From Octopus sinensis (lineage: Eukaryota), in contig NC_043010.1 of the NCBI RefSeq assembly GCF_006345805.1, positions 56,916,001 through 56,980,000 on the forward strand: 64,000 nucleotides of DNA, in the 5' to 3' direction. Below, one piece after another: positions 1 to 14,414 of this stretch (position 1 is the first letter of the stretch; the number at the start of each line of letters is the position of its first letter). The position numbers were made by a program, and so were the translations under genes. The notes beneath the pieces are model-generated. The model was not told where the DNA came from, searched no databases, and saw only the letters and a program-made list of their open reading frames with translations.

Positions 1-3000
1 AAACAGACTGATTAGGGGATTGAAGATGAGAAACTATATTGAACCCATATGCTTCTTTTTATATCAGTAATTTTGTTATGGATGACTTTCCACCTTTACT
101 GTGAGAGGATATCTTTATGTGAGGAAGCCACGTTTCCTAATATATGATTGACATCCAGTGAAAATAAGGGATGACAAACACTTCAATAGATTTATTCATA
201 AATTTTGATCTGACTAAATGGTGATGGTAAGGTGTATTATTAATGAGGGAATCCCACCTACCCAACACTCAACAAAATAAGTTGGTGTATTGATATTTCA
301 TTACTGAAATATTATTTCTCTTTGAGAACTTTCTGATAATAAATAGCTATAATAGAATAAAGTTTGAAATAGTTGCAGAAATAATGGCGTGAAACATTAA
401 CTTAGTAAATCTTGTATATTTCATGGTTAGGATTCACCACCCACAGACAGACGAAGGGCTGGTGCCATGCCTACAGGGTGGTGAGTATGAAAAGAAGATG
501 GATCCCAAAAAGTAAGTTCACCCTGATATCCTCATCCATTGTAGCCCTCTACTACCAACCCAACTAAATCCATCTATAAATCTTCTTCTTATCATGTCTA
601 ACACATAATTAGACCTTACTAACAACCATTAGATTTTTCCATATTCCCACCTCCAAATTGTTTTATCCTAATATTCTCAGATTTCTCTCTGGTAATTTTA
701 TTTTGATTTTTTAAAAACTAATTTTATTATTTTTTTTCTTGATGATATTAATTATATTCTCTGTTTTCTGAGATACATCTTAGTTTTGTTATGACATAAT
801 CTATTTTTTGTTTCATGTGGAATCAATATATTTTAGATAAACCATTGATTGGGAAGCCAGAATGTTAAGCTTATTTAATACCCAACGTTTCATAGCACAG
901 TTTCAGATTTTTATGGCTGGAAACTGGAATTATTGAACATTGAATGATGTGGGTTGCTGTGTAGGTTAGTGTGTGCAATGTTAACACAACTTCCTGTGTA
1001 CAGGGTATTTGATTTAAGTTTTATTTAAGCTCTTCTTTGTAGAATTCAAGGTGGATGGATGCTAATGAGGTGACAAATTTAGTGTTGGAGTCAAGACAGT
1101 TCCAGGGATGTGTGTGTGTATAGGTGTCCCATATGCACACACATGATTGTATATTTTTATCCCAGGAAACTTATATCAAGAACCTTTGGAATATTCTACA
1201 AATTTTCTCTCATCAATTGGATTCAGAGGATATGAATCAGTTTGCTTTGTTCTTACTTGAAAAACCTCCGTACTTCCACATTTCTATTCAAATCTATTGT
1301 TACATGGCTGAGTTCACCTATGACATTAGGTAAAAATGAGTACCTATAGCTAGGACACAAAAGCTGTAAGTTCCTCATTTATTCACCAGAGACACTCTCC
1401 TTTCCATAATTTTAGGTGAGACATTCACACCTGTTGGGCAGCTAACTTCGAAAACAGTGCCTGACTTTAGTTCTCTCTCTCTCAGAGAACAGTGTCAGGT
1501 CTGTTGTGTGTGCATTGGATAGCTATCTTTATTGGAATACATCACCAATATTCCTTCTTATTGACGGATGTGGATACATTGTGTGTGTGTATGGGGTGGG
1601 GTATACATGGGTTTGTCACTTGGGTAATACAGAAATATAGCAAAGAAAAAAAAAATGCCAGGAATACATAAAACTAACTGGTATGTAGATATGACGAGTG
1701 AGATGAGATGAGTGAAGGGGTGTGGTGAGTGAAACTGTGAGTGGGATGGATGAAATAGTGAGTAAAACATGTAAATGACCCAACAACAAAGAGGTTTGTC
1801 TAATTAATTAAATTTCTCCCCCAATGGAAGTGTTGTGAGTGACAACTGATAAATGTGAATATTCCTTCTTCATTGATTTGTTCATATTATTTATTCTTTC
1901 ATTCTCTGGTCATGCTGGAGCTCTGCCTTGAACGGTTTCAGTCAGTCATATCAACTCTAGCTTTATTGATCTCTACTTATCAAGTGGCTAAGTCACCTTT
2001 TAATGTGACCGAACATAATTACTAGTAAGCATAAATGCACACACACACACACACACACACACACGGTTGTCTATAGAGTTTCCATCTACCAAATTGCACT
2101 CATTGGTCAGGTTGAAACTATAATCGTTTACCTGAGGAACCATGCAATGGGATCAACTCCATGTGTTTCTGAAACAAACTGTCATATGGTTATGTCTGCT
2201 ATACCTTAATTAATTAATTGAAATCAATTAGCTTGTCATCTCTCTCCCTTTGTTCCTTATTAGAGAAATATTTCACATTTTTCTCTATAATTGATTCAGT
2301 AGCCAAGTTAACTGAGTTTGTTGACATGCTAGATGCAATCCTTTTCTATCCCTCGTATCACACCTGTCCATTGGATAATGTAGTCCTGTAATATGTCTGA
2401 CTAAAAGATGGTGGGCTTACAGCTGGAAGCTGTTTTGTCTTGGTTCTCCTCAACAATAGTTCACCCTGGGTTAAAGAACAACAACAACAGGTTTCAGAAA
2501 TTCTTTTACATATTCTCTTTCAATTTATATTTTAGAGTCTGTAATAAATTGTGGTCTTATATTTCAACCAGTTATTAGTAATAAATGTTTGAAGTCTTAA
2601 TTAATATAAGAGCTAAATTGGCAGGGATGCTGGAGTGGTGAATAACATACTTTGCTCTATTTATTCCTCCTGCTTCTCTTTGTGTTCACAGTTCAGATCT
2701 CTCTTGGGTCAACTTTACTTTTCATTCTTCCAGGGTTAAGTTAGGGTTGGATTGTTTGAACATTGGTCAGGATACCTTGTGGTATTGGTCCTGCCTTTTT
2801 GCTTTCTGTCTTAAATTCCACCATGGCTTACTTGTGCAGTAGAGTTAATGCATCACCAGGCTCTTGGAGGGTTTTAGCTTTCAAACCAGGTCTCCAGTTT
2901 AGGGATACCTCCCTCCAACTGGTCTCAGAGCTCCCGTTAAGGAGCTGCTCTTTCTGATTGAGCATGTATATTTTGCGAGTGCATACACATGCACACAGAC

Positions 3001-3088
3001 ATACTGTAGGATGGTTACAGATTTTATTTAACTTTTTTTCTTTTTTTTCTTGCTAGTTAGTTGGAGGGAAGAGCAGCAGCTTATTAAA

Positions 3089-3122
<34 letters not shown>

Positions 3123-3124
<2 letters not shown>

Positions 3125-3330
3125 GGTGGTAAGCTGGCAGAATGGTTAGGATGCTGGGCGAAATGCTAAACAACATTTTGTCTGTCCTTATGTTCTGAGT
3201 TCAAATTCCACTGAAGTTGACTTTGCCTTTCATCCTTTTGGAGTCCAATAAAAGTAAAGTACCAGTTAAGTCCTAGAGTCAATGATTTCAAGTAACCTCT
3301 CCCTTCTCTTAAAAGTGCTGGCCTTGTGCT
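3123..3330 (+). mobile_element. SINE family A (tRNA-like head), followed by a second partial copy to ~3470
   Basis: A-box-like TGGCAGAATGG and B-box-like GTTCAAATTCC, then the core GACTTTGCCTTTCATCC...AAGTACCAG shared with copies at 12050, 13114, 33923, 46620 and reverse copies at 28222, 59865. Confidence 0.8.
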
Positions 3331-5131
3331 AAAACCTCAATTATTTGCCTTTCATCCTCTCAGGGTTGATAATATAAAGTACCAGTCAAGCACTGGGGGA
3401 TGATGTAATCAACTAACCCCTTTCCTCAAATTTCGGGCTTTGTGCCTATATTTGAAACAATTATTATTATTGTCAATCCTCCTGTTTGTCTCCTCTAACA
3501 ACACATCATTTCAACATTACATTTGTGTGTGTGTGTGTGTGTGTGTGTTTGTTTTAGTATGATGGCCAACTACCCTATTGTTATGTTTTTACTGTAAATT
3601 ACTCACACCAGACTTCTTTGTTCCTGTTATTATACTCTACACGAAACAAGTGCTAATCATTAGCTAGATTAAAATTACCCTTTTATATTTTCATAACTAT
3701 ATCTTTTCTCTCTGGAGAACAGTTTTTATCATTAAAATAATACATTTTACAACTCTGTGTCTTACTAACTGATGCTATTTGTTTCTAATTTACTTTATTG
3801 TTTTACTAAAGTGATAATCAGCAATATTTTATTATCTCCTGACTTCAAACCCATCATTATATTCCTTACATTGTTAGTGATTATTAATGATGTATCCAAC
3901 TAAGGAATTAGTCTGTCAAAAGTTGTCTACATTTCCAAGTTAAACCTGTATTATTATTATTTAAAATAAGCCTTCACTGAAATTTCAAACACCATTTGTA
4001 ATGATGATGACGATATTTCAGTGACAGTGTTTAGTGTCAGAGATGTCTGTAGAGGTGTTGTGCATACTGTGTTGGTCAAAGAATTAATTAGAAAACAGTT
4101 CACCTTCCAGTATTGTGTAACCAATGTAGCAACTATGGTTTATAGCTCACTCCCTACACTCCTTCTTTCAATATAGATTTTCTTTTCTTTTTTTTATCTA
4201 TTTAAGTGTGTTTGATGTCTGAATCTGCTACATTTATTGCACAAATCCAATGAAACAATCTATAACATCTACCATTGACATTTTAGGGTTGGATAAAAGT
4301 TTGTCTTTCGCTTTAGATATTTGTGAAAAAAATAATTGCCTCTGTGATACTACTTTAATGATAATTAGTTTTACCTTCGTATATATAGCATTGCTGATTG
4401 ATCTAGTTTTATAGCGGCCACCTTCTTTCATTAATTTTAATTATTCTAACTAGTTTTTGATTTTTAATTTAATGTATTTTACAATTTGGAAAATTAAAAA
4501 TTTCAGCATCTTTGAATTTATATCAAAAACCAATTTGATTGAATTTATCATGTTAGTTAATTAAATATTAGCCGTAATTTATTCCAGTTAAACAACTAAT
4601 CAAAGGCTTACTCTGTTCAGTGTGACAATTCTTTAGTTTCCCTGCTTCGAACAACAAAATACTTTGGCTTCTTCAAAAGTTTTCTTTTTCTCTTAAGTTG
4701 AATGTAATTTTGTTTAACCTTTCACTTCAAATAGAAGTCATTGACCTTCAGCCTTTAATTAGCAAATTTATTACAATTATCACACATGTGCATACAAAGA
4801 GAGAGAAGGAGAGAGAGAGAGTCTAATAGAAACAGCTTCTTATGGTTTCTTGGTTATTTCTGTTAGTTTTCATTGTGTCAATGTAAGGAGTTGTTTCTTT
4901 CCTGTCATGACAAGATAATAATATTGCTCCATGGAATTGGGGGTTCTTATGTAAGCAAACCTGTCAATATAGTCAAACATTTAAACATGGTAGGCTGCAA
5001 ACATTGACTATATTCAGCCCAAGTTAGGTTTAGTAGGTGGAATACCATACATTGATTTCTTGCAACAAAATAGATACTGCGTTTAAAAACAAACCTCAAT
5101 CTTACATACACCTCATTTTCTCTCTCTTTCT

Positions 5132-5138
5132 CTCCTCC

Positions 5139-5212
<74 letters not shown>

Positions 5213-5862
5213 ATATATATGTATATATATATATATGTATATGTATATATGTATATATATGTATATATGTATATATATATGTATATATGTATATATATAT
5301 GTATATGTATATATGTATATATATGTATATATGTATATATGTATATATATGTATATATGTATAATATATATGTATATATATATATGTATATATATGTATA
5401 TGTATATATATATATGTATATATATATGTATATGTATATATATATATGTATATATATATATGTATATGTATATATATATATGTATATATATATGTATATA
5501 TATGTATATATATATTATATATATATGTGTATGTATATATGTATATATGTATTTATATATATGTATGTATATATGTATTTATATATATGTATGTATATAT
5601 GTATATATATATATATGTATGTATATATGTATATATATATGTATATATATATATGTATGTATATATGTATATATATATGTATATATATATATGTATGTAT
5701 ATATGTATATATATATGTATATGTATATATATATGTATATATATATGTATGTATATATGTATGTATATATATATGTATGTATATATTATGTATATGTATG
5801 TATATATGTATATATGTATATATATATATGTATATATATGTATATATGTATATGTATATATG

Positions 5863-5893
<31 letters not shown>

Positions 5894-5975
5894 GTATATA
5901 TGTATATATGTATATATGTATATATATATATATGTTATATATATATGTATATATATATATATTGTATATATATAT

Positions 5976-6006
<31 letters not shown>

Positions 6007-6295
6007 GTATATTATATATGTATATATATATATTGTATATATATATATGTATATATATGTATATATATGTATATATATGTATATATATGTATATATATGT
6101 ATATATATGTATATATATATATGTGTATGTATATATGTATATATGTATTATATATATGTATGTATATATGTATATATATATATGTATGTATATATGTATA
6201 TATATATGTATGTATATATGTATATATATGTATGTATATATGTATATATATGTGTATATATATGTATATATATGTATATGTATATATATATATGT

Positions 6296-6326
<31 letters not shown>

Positions 6327-6874
6327 TGTATATATATATGTATATGTATGTATATATGTATATATGTATATATGTTATATATGTATATGTATATATATAT
6401 ATATGTATATATATATATGGTATATATATATGTATATATATGTATATAGTATATGTATATATATTATGTATATATGTATATATGTATATGTATATATGTA
6501 TATATTATATATGTATATATGTATATGTATTATATATGTATGTATATATATATATGTATATATATATATGTATATATATATAGTATATATATATATGTGT
6601 ATATATATATATGTATATATATATATGTTATATATATATATGTATATATATATATGTATATTATATGTATATATATATATGTATATATATAATGTATATA
6701 TATGTATATATATAATATATATGTATATAATGTATATATATATAATATGTATATATATATGTATATATATATGTATATATATATGATATATGTATATATA
6801 TATATTATATATATATATATGTATATATATATATGTATATATATATGTATAATATATTATGTATATATAATATA

Positions 6875-6918
<44 letters not shown>

Positions 6919-6920
6919 GT
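5132..6920. repeat. (CT)n run followed by ~1.75 kb TA/TATG-rich compound microsatellite
   Basis: Seen directly: (CT)n at 5132-5171, then almost only TA, TATG and TATATG units. Confidence 0.97.
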
Positions 6921-7058
6921 ATCAAATGTATGTAAGTATATATTAGTGACTTGTTAGTTTTTAATAAGAAAATTAAATAAGGAATTAACTGCACTATTCT
7001 CTTGCATTGCTATAAACTGGCAGTCATAGCAGCCTTCTTCAACAAGGAGCTGATCCCA

Positions 7059-7094
<36 letters not shown>

Positions 7095-7371
7095 ACGCAT
7101 GCGTGCATGCATGTGCGCGCGCACACATTGCATACAACCATTCTCTTATGTATTTCACACACACAGCACTGGCCTGTTATGTTTGTCTGTAGTATGTACA
7201 CATGTTACTTTTCAACTGCACACACAGTATTATACACCCTATCCTATTTCTCCTTTACTTGTTACTAACTTATTTCAATGAGAGATTGCAGTTTACAGTT
7301 GGGTTTGGGGATTGTGTTTCCAGTTAACTTGCATTTACAGCGCATGTCTTGCTTCCCTTGTGCTGGTGCTA

Positions 7372-7490
7372 GTAGTAGTAGTAGTAGTAGTAGTATTAGC
7401 AGCAGCAGTTGCAGTAATAGTGGTAGTAGTAGTGATATCGGTAGTGGTGGTGGTGGTGGTAGTAGTACTCGTAGTAGTAGTAGTAGTCGT
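7372..7490. repeat. Compound (AGT)n/(AGC)n/(GGT)n microsatellite
   Basis: Seen directly; it generates the poly-Ser and poly-Val ORFs 7278..7727 and 7312..7560. Confidence 0.9.
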
Positions 7491-8947
7491 TGGACAGGTC
7501 AACACCAGTTTTGCTGGTACATGTCTCTACCAGCTTTACTGTCTTTTACTTCTAACGTAGATGTTACTATTGATAGTTGGCTGTTTAATATTATAACAAG
7601 CGCGCGTCTGTGCCTGCCCACACACACGCTTTACTTTTTCTCAGCCATCTCCCTCCCCTTTCTCTCTCTCTCTCTCTCTCACCATCCATTCTTTATCTTG
7701 GCTATGAATTCCAACTTACTGCATTAGTAACTTAACTTTCTGTAGGTTTATATATTTACTTTTACTTAACTGACTTTACACACAGACATCCACTTTTACA
7801 TAACCAGTCTGTAATATGGGAGTGGATGTGCCATACACACAGACATTCAATTATGTATATGTGTATAGACGCTCACTTTTGCATCAAAGTCCCTTTTTAA
7901 GATAATTAGGTGTAAATTGAGTGAGATTTGGCTGCTTTTCTAGCAACCATATAGAGGTTCCTTCTTTAGTTTTGATGTTTAGAGTTAATATTGTAAAAGA
8001 ATATCACAATAGTAAATCTTATTTTTTGTTTGTTTGCTGAAATTAAAACAATGAGTGCAACTTCTTTAATATGAAATGTTGCTCAACTCCCAGCCCTCCC
8101 TATTAACACAGATTATTTAGATTAGAGTGGCCTGACTTCTTCAGTATTTCTTCTTTGTCAGCAATTTGTTTTGTTATTCCACTTGTATCTTCACTTAATT
8201 ATCTTTTAAAACATTCCTTCAAACCTAATTCCCTGTTTACCTCTAAATTGGTTCCTTTATAAATACAGTGTATTTCTCTACATATCACATTGTACCTCTC
8301 TATATTATCATACTCCCTCTCTGTCTAAATATCACACAGTACCTCATTAATTTACTTCTCCCTCAATATCTATCTATTTTAACAACATCTATCCATTTCA
8401 CTTACCTTGGTTCTGCTACAATCTCTGCTATTCTTATCATTATATACTATTATCTTTTGAAGTTACTCTTGCTAAAGAGTATTTTCCATTCCCCTCTCAC
8501 TTATCTTTGATTCAGTTATATTTCTTAAGGTTAATTAGTTTATGTAATTCTGCGGGATATAAAGTTGTGGCTAATTTAAGATATTAATTTTATGTGAAAC
8601 AATACTTAAGAAAAGTTAACGTTGAGTAGATGTCTTTGTAATAGTATTAAATTGACATTGAATTCTTCTTGAAATTTGGTTGATGACTACCTATAACTTC
8701 ATCATGTCATTGTCTTCCTGGAGGCAACCACACTCTGAATGACAGCTACATACAGACAGACAGACAAACTTTTCTCAAGTTCCAAATGTGAATTTGTCTG
8801 TGTTAATTACATCCCAAAGATGGAGCCTTGTATCTTTGTTGGAAACTGGCTCCCTCCTCAGTGGAAGGAAGATTTATAATAAGTAAAAAAAATAGAAGAG
8901 AGTGAGACACACACACACACACAACACACACACACACACACACACAC

Positions 8948-8985
<38 letters not shown>

Positions 8986-9079
8986 AGTCAGTCAGTCAGT
9001 TACCTTGTGCATGCATGTTGTAGAAGACTGCAATGTGGCAGTTCCTAGATGGCTACTGATTTCGTGTGTGCACATATAT

Positions 9080-9114
<35 letters not shown>

Positions 9115-9799
9115 TACATACATACACATAGACACTTTTATGTGTAGAGACTGGAAGAGAGAAACAGGATGTTGTCACCTGTGTGCTTTTCATAGAAAAG
9201 CAAGTTTCAGTGATTCAAATTGTGATTGCAAGTGTCCACTCGTTTGGACTGTGTGAAATAGATTTTATTTACAGTCTATTTATTAAAGAATTGCTTTGTT
9301 TTGCAAGAGACAACTTCTAGAAACCAGGTGGTTGGCCTAGTTTAAGTATCGTTGTGTGTTGATCATATGACTAATATTGAGGCTGAGCAAGTGCACAACA
9401 CAGATGCTTGTAGGGAGAAGCGAGTGTGGGGTGCTCCAGGAGAGAAGAAATGATGTCTGCACCAATGATGGGTGGCAGCACGAACTACTTTGCATTGTGA
9501 GAGAAAGAGAGCGTTTGTGAATTTGAAGGAAATGCACACAAATAGGGAAAACAATGGCAATTGATTTCAGGCAGATTTTTTCTATTAGTCCTTGTTCCTT
9601 CTTTAGATTCGTTTGTTATTTCCTTCTCACACCAACACATATCTACCCATCACCACCCCACACGTTGTTATTCAGGGTACTGCTATGTACTTCATATTCT
9701 TGGGTATGGTGTGAGAGAAGCAAGAGAGTTGTATTATGAAGAGGCGCAGGGAAAATAGAGAACACTGTTTGCTGCAGCCTGCTTTCTCTACTTTGTTGG

Positions 9800-9841
<42 letters not shown>

Positions 9842-10757
9842 ATTTTAGATCTCTGCTTTACTCACGCTGCTGTCCATATGTAGTGACTGTTACTTTTTGC
9901 TCATTTCTCATGGCTTTCTATGTAGAACAACAAACGTTTTCTTTTGGCAAAATGGGGATTGTTAAATGGCCAAAGTGGGCCTTTGGTCAACATGGTCTTT
10001 CTCTCATTTTAATTTACCCTAACACTTCTTCTGTCAAAAGGAATTTACAAGTTGTCTATGACTTGAATGACCCCCCACCCTTTTCTCACTGCATCTGCTG
10101 CTTTTTACAATAGAAAATTGAAATTAAAAAAAATGTAACTTTTGTTGGTTTTTAAATTATTCTCACACCTTGTGTAATCATAGATGTGCACATGCGCTCC
10201 TGCACATATGCATACACCAATACAAAAGCTGATGCAGTGTCATTCTTTTTTCATCTGCACACGTGCAGAAATGTGTACACATATACATCTAACACTGTTA
10301 TAGACAGCAAAGCATAAAGATACTTAAATATTTTATTTCGTACAAAATTCTGATTTATTTATTGGTTATTAATAACAAATTAGTTTTCCAATATTTGTCT
10401 TATGTAATTGAAGAGTGAGAAGGATGAGGCATGCACAACATGAACAAGTGAAAGCTTAACCTGCTAAGCTCCTACTATTTACACCCAAATTCCGCTGACG
10501 CCATTTTATATATCATGCAATTGCTTGATTGTTTAAGCGGCTAAATATTTTGTTTAACTTCACTCCTCTAACTGACCACTGGACAAATGCTTGTAGGGAT
10601 GGAAAAAGGTTGATCTTTTCTCAGACATGTTTTTTGGACTAAATGAGGAAGAGCTGAACAATTGTGTTGTCTAGCTGGCCTGTCACTGCACAGTTGTCTA
10701 TCGTACTGTTGAGACAGTAGGCCTGAACGGTATGAACAACTGACCACTCCAGCTATC

Positions 10758-10794
<37 letters not shown>

Positions 10795-12015
10795 CATCAT
10801 AATTATCATCATAACCATCATCATAATATACTCTCTACAGATGACCACTTGGTTTACACATTAACAAAACAGTTCCAAAAGGTAAACACTAAATGTATTC
10901 CATAAACTGTTCTTTTTAAATTCAAAGTTATTTTGTATAACTCCATCAGTTTGTCTCCTTTATGTAGAAACGGGTTCACATTCGTCTCTTTACAACTTAC
11001 ACATTTGTTTTGTTTTTCTACACACAGATCAGACTTGATGTTGTTAAATATTTCTTCTCTTATCTAATGTTCTCGTTCATTCTGCGATCTGTTTGCTCAA
11101 CTTGGTTCTTGGGTTTCTCATACACATAAGAAATACTATGAAATTCTTCAGAGCATTTCTTTTTTTATCTAATTAAATAATTTGTCTAATTAACTTGTTT
11201 GAAGTTGTGTAGTTTATTAAGCCTCTAGCTGGTGTCGGTGAACATTTTGAAAGAAATTTTCATTTAATTTTACATAAAAGTGACAGTTATTGATTACAAA
11301 AAAGATGGTAGATTTCAGTGTTTGCTGTGAATCTTGTTAGTTTGTTCAATCTGTAACAGTGAATTCGGTTCCATGACTGAAATATCAGGTGTAATTAACA
11401 GTCAGTTCTCCAGAGATTGATTAGTTCCCTTTGCCATCATTTCTAAATTTATTTAAATGGAAATAGAAGTAATACTTAAAAAGTTATTGAGATAAGCAAG
11501 TGTTTTAAAGTTATCTCTAGATGAGATAATTCTAGGTATCTCAAATTATGTTGGGATCGTATTTCATCGGTGTAAAAACTTTGCATATCTTATAGAAACT
11601 ATTTAAAATGTCAACATAATGAATTTATTTAAGAAATGTTTAATATTTATATTGTTTTACAAAATTAACTAAAGTATCCCAAATCACATTCTTCCTTTTC
11701 GAATTATCAATTGTTTTCCTGTGTTGTGATATCAACAACATTGCTGCTCAATACAACCATACTTGAGAGTTCTTTAATAACAAATGTAAACAGCTCAGAA
11801 GTTTTTCTTCATACATTGTTTTATTTGACATTGTTAACATATTGTTTCCTCTCATCTCATATATCTTCCTTTTTCTTAGAGATTACCCTTGAAAGACGTC
11901 TCAACTTGTCATCTCCGTCTTGTTTTCTTTTCTTTATACATAGCACCCTCTATACATTTATAAACACACACAAAGTGCTTGTGTGTATACACACACACAC
12001 ACATGTATATACACA

Positions 12016-12049
<34 letters not shown>

Positions 12050-12285
12050 TGAAGGCAGCAAGCTGGGAGAAACGTTAGCACGCCGGGCGAAATGCTTTGC
12101 CGTATTTCATCTGCCGTTATGTTCCGAATTCAAATTCCGCCGAAGTCGACTTTGCCTTTCATCCTTCCGGGGTCGATAAATTATGTACCAGTTACGCACT
12201 GGGGTCGATGTAATTGACTTAATCCGTTTGTCTGTCCTTGTTTGTCTCCTCTGTGTTTAGCCCCTTGTGGGTAGTAAAGAAATAT
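12050..12285 (+). mobile_element. SINE family A, young CpG-rich copy
   Basis: GAAACGTTAGCACGCCGGGCGAAATGC...GAATTCAAATTCCGCCGAAGTCGACTTTGCCTTTCATCC...GTACCAG; many CpGs retained; flanked by (TA)n. Confidence 0.85.
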
Positions 12286-13113
12286 ATATATATATATATA
12301 AAATAAACACACACACTGACTACATGCTGACCTCTATTCACATATCACATGCTATTCAGTCCTCTGTAGCTGAACCATAGTCATTTCTAACTTTGATCCC
12401 TTTATACAGTTCCACACTTGCATGTGTCTGTTTGTAATGTTAGACAAATTATGTTGTTTACACGTAGGAAGAATGGTTTCTAGATTTTTCTCTTGAGACT
12501 CTCTCCTTCTCAACTCCTCATGAATTAACTTCATACATTGGAGTAGAACCAACCGACAACAGATTCTCAGTTTATACTCATTACTCCTGACCATCCATTC
12601 CTTTCTATTGTACTCACAATTCCAAAACACCAACTGCCCTCTCGAATTCATATTTGTCTTCTGCAATTTCTGTTTCTTTTCAAAACTTGCTGTCTTTTTA
12701 GCCCAGATCATAGAAGTTACAAAGAACAGAAACTGAATTTTTTGTCTCTTGTATTTTCTTCCATTTGCTGACAGCTGCCATCATTTCATTATATTTTCTC
12801 TCTCATTAATCCTATAATTATTTTGCACTTCTACTTCACTAAATAACAAAGATCCATTCAATTTGGAAGACAACTGTCACATTTTGGTATTGTTATAATA
12901 ATGTTCAAGGTAGTTGAGTGTTTAGCTTGAGTAGAGCCTGCTCTCAACCGAGTTTAGATCTCAGAACATTCTCTAATATTTTGGAGGCCAGGAAAAAGTT
13001 ACAATTCCAATTCCTATAATGATTTCAATAAACCAAAGAATTTTTCATATTATTGTCATAGGTTTAATTTTGTTTGACGAGAATACTTTCTGATTAATAT
13101 ATTATTCCTGCTC

Positions 13114-13310
13114 AGGGTGGCCAGCTGGCAGAATCGTCAGCACATTGGGAAAACTGCTTAGCAGCATTTTTTTGTCTGTCTTTATGTTCTGAGTTCAAAT
13201 ACTGCCAAGGATAATTTTACCTTTCATCCTTTTGGGGTCAATAAAATAAGTACCAGCTGGACACTGGGGTCGATGTAATTGATTTTAACCCTCCCTTGAA
13301 ATTGTTGTGT
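13114..13310 (+). mobile_element. SINE family A
   Basis: Colinear with the 12050 copy (GCTGGCAGAATCG, GAGTTCAAAT, AAGTACCAG, GGGGTCGATGTAAT). Confidence 0.8.
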
Positions 13311-13537
13311 GATAATTTGAAACTGATCTATTACTTTTGCTTAAAACTACCCATTTATTATTTTAAATCAAAATGTTTTCTCATATCTCTGGTCTTTTTA
13401 GGGATTTTTTTCTCATCTTTCTTGCAACTTGACAATTTCTGGAGTAAGATTTATAATCACCTTTTGAGTGAATGATTCATAATTGGTTGCATTGAATTGT
13501 TGAATAAAATTGTTCAGTCCCAGGGAGAGACTTAGAG

Positions 13538-13583
<46 letters not shown>

Positions 13584-13688
13584 TGTATTACTCTAATAAT
13601 ACAGAAACAGATGTATTGGGTTCACTTGATTTGGAAATGGGTCTGGATACAATCTGGTGATATTAAATCCTACAGCACCATATATATA

Positions 13689-13921
13689 TTGGGTTGGTGC
13701 ATAATTATTGTGGCCTTTTTTCAACAAATTTTATTCAAGAAATACAATAACAACATGTAACAAAGACATCTTTAAATGATTATTCTGGAGCATATTCACT
13801 ATCTACTTTAATTACTACTTTCCATTTGCTTGGCAGACGGTCAGACTGTCATTCGAAGATGTTTTTGTTAAATATTATTATTGTTTTTGTTGAAAAAAGC
13901 TGCAATAATTATGCACCAACC

Positions 13922-13924
<3 letters not shown>
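13689..13924 (-). mobile_element. Non-autonomous mariner derivative (MITE, 236 bp)
   Basis: TIRs TTGGGTTGGTGCATAATTATTG / CAATAATTATGCACCAACCCTG, TA on both sides; minus strand retains a transposase C-terminus (LPSKWKVVIKVDSEYAPE*). Confidence 0.85.
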
Positions 13925-13973
<49 letters not shown>

Positions 13974-14414
13974 TTAATGACAGACTTCTCTGCTGTATTG
14001 TGTGTTGTTTGTTTTTTGGCATCTGTTATTATATTATTCGTCTTCTATATAAATGAAGCTATATACTTTACTTTGCTGCTTCTCTTCACAAGAGCTGAGC
14101 ACATACATTGTGGGACTGTTATTTTAATGAGTTGGGCTCTGTTTATCAGCTGAAGAGACACATTTGCACTGTTGGATGCTCCTGAGCCAATTGTTAAGTA
14201 TCCCACCCATGAGGGATCGATGGGAGAAGGGTTGAAACAATTTTAATGATTAATAAAAACTCTCATATCTTCCATCTTCTGTCTCTCATTAGCCAGATTC
14301 TTAACAAACACTGTGACAGTGACTGTGCTTTACCAGTAAGCTACCAGGTTATAAACCATTTGCTTTATTATCTACTAAAACACACACACACACACACACA
14401 CACACGTATATGTA

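Noticed and set aside
431-511. Possible exon AG|GATTCACC...CAAAAA|GTAAGT (IHHPQTDEGLVPCLQGGEYEKKMDPK)
   Set aside because: Good donor but weak acceptor, two open frames and no recognisable protein; needs RNA-seq.
1040-1330. Exon-like segments on either strand (plus 1165-1330; minus ELSHVTIDLNRNVEVRRFF)
   Set aside because: Competing interpretations on opposite strands and no homology I can recognise.
2763-2957. GC-richer segment with an open minus frame (REVSLNWRPGLKAKTLQEPG) and an AA|GTAAG donor
   Set aside because: Could be an exon or a TE relic; no motif to decide.
5037-6935. Long Y/I/M/C/V ORFs (up to 470 aa)
   Set aside because: Translation of TA/TG microsatellite, which lacks stop codons; not genes.
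7278-7727. 149-aa Ser/Gly-rich ORF
   Set aside because: Built from (AGT)/(GGT) and (CT) microsatellites with no convincing splice context.
12352-12711. 119-aa minus ORF
   Set aside because: Purine-rich and possibly an old retroelement fragment, but without a diagnostic motif or splice support.
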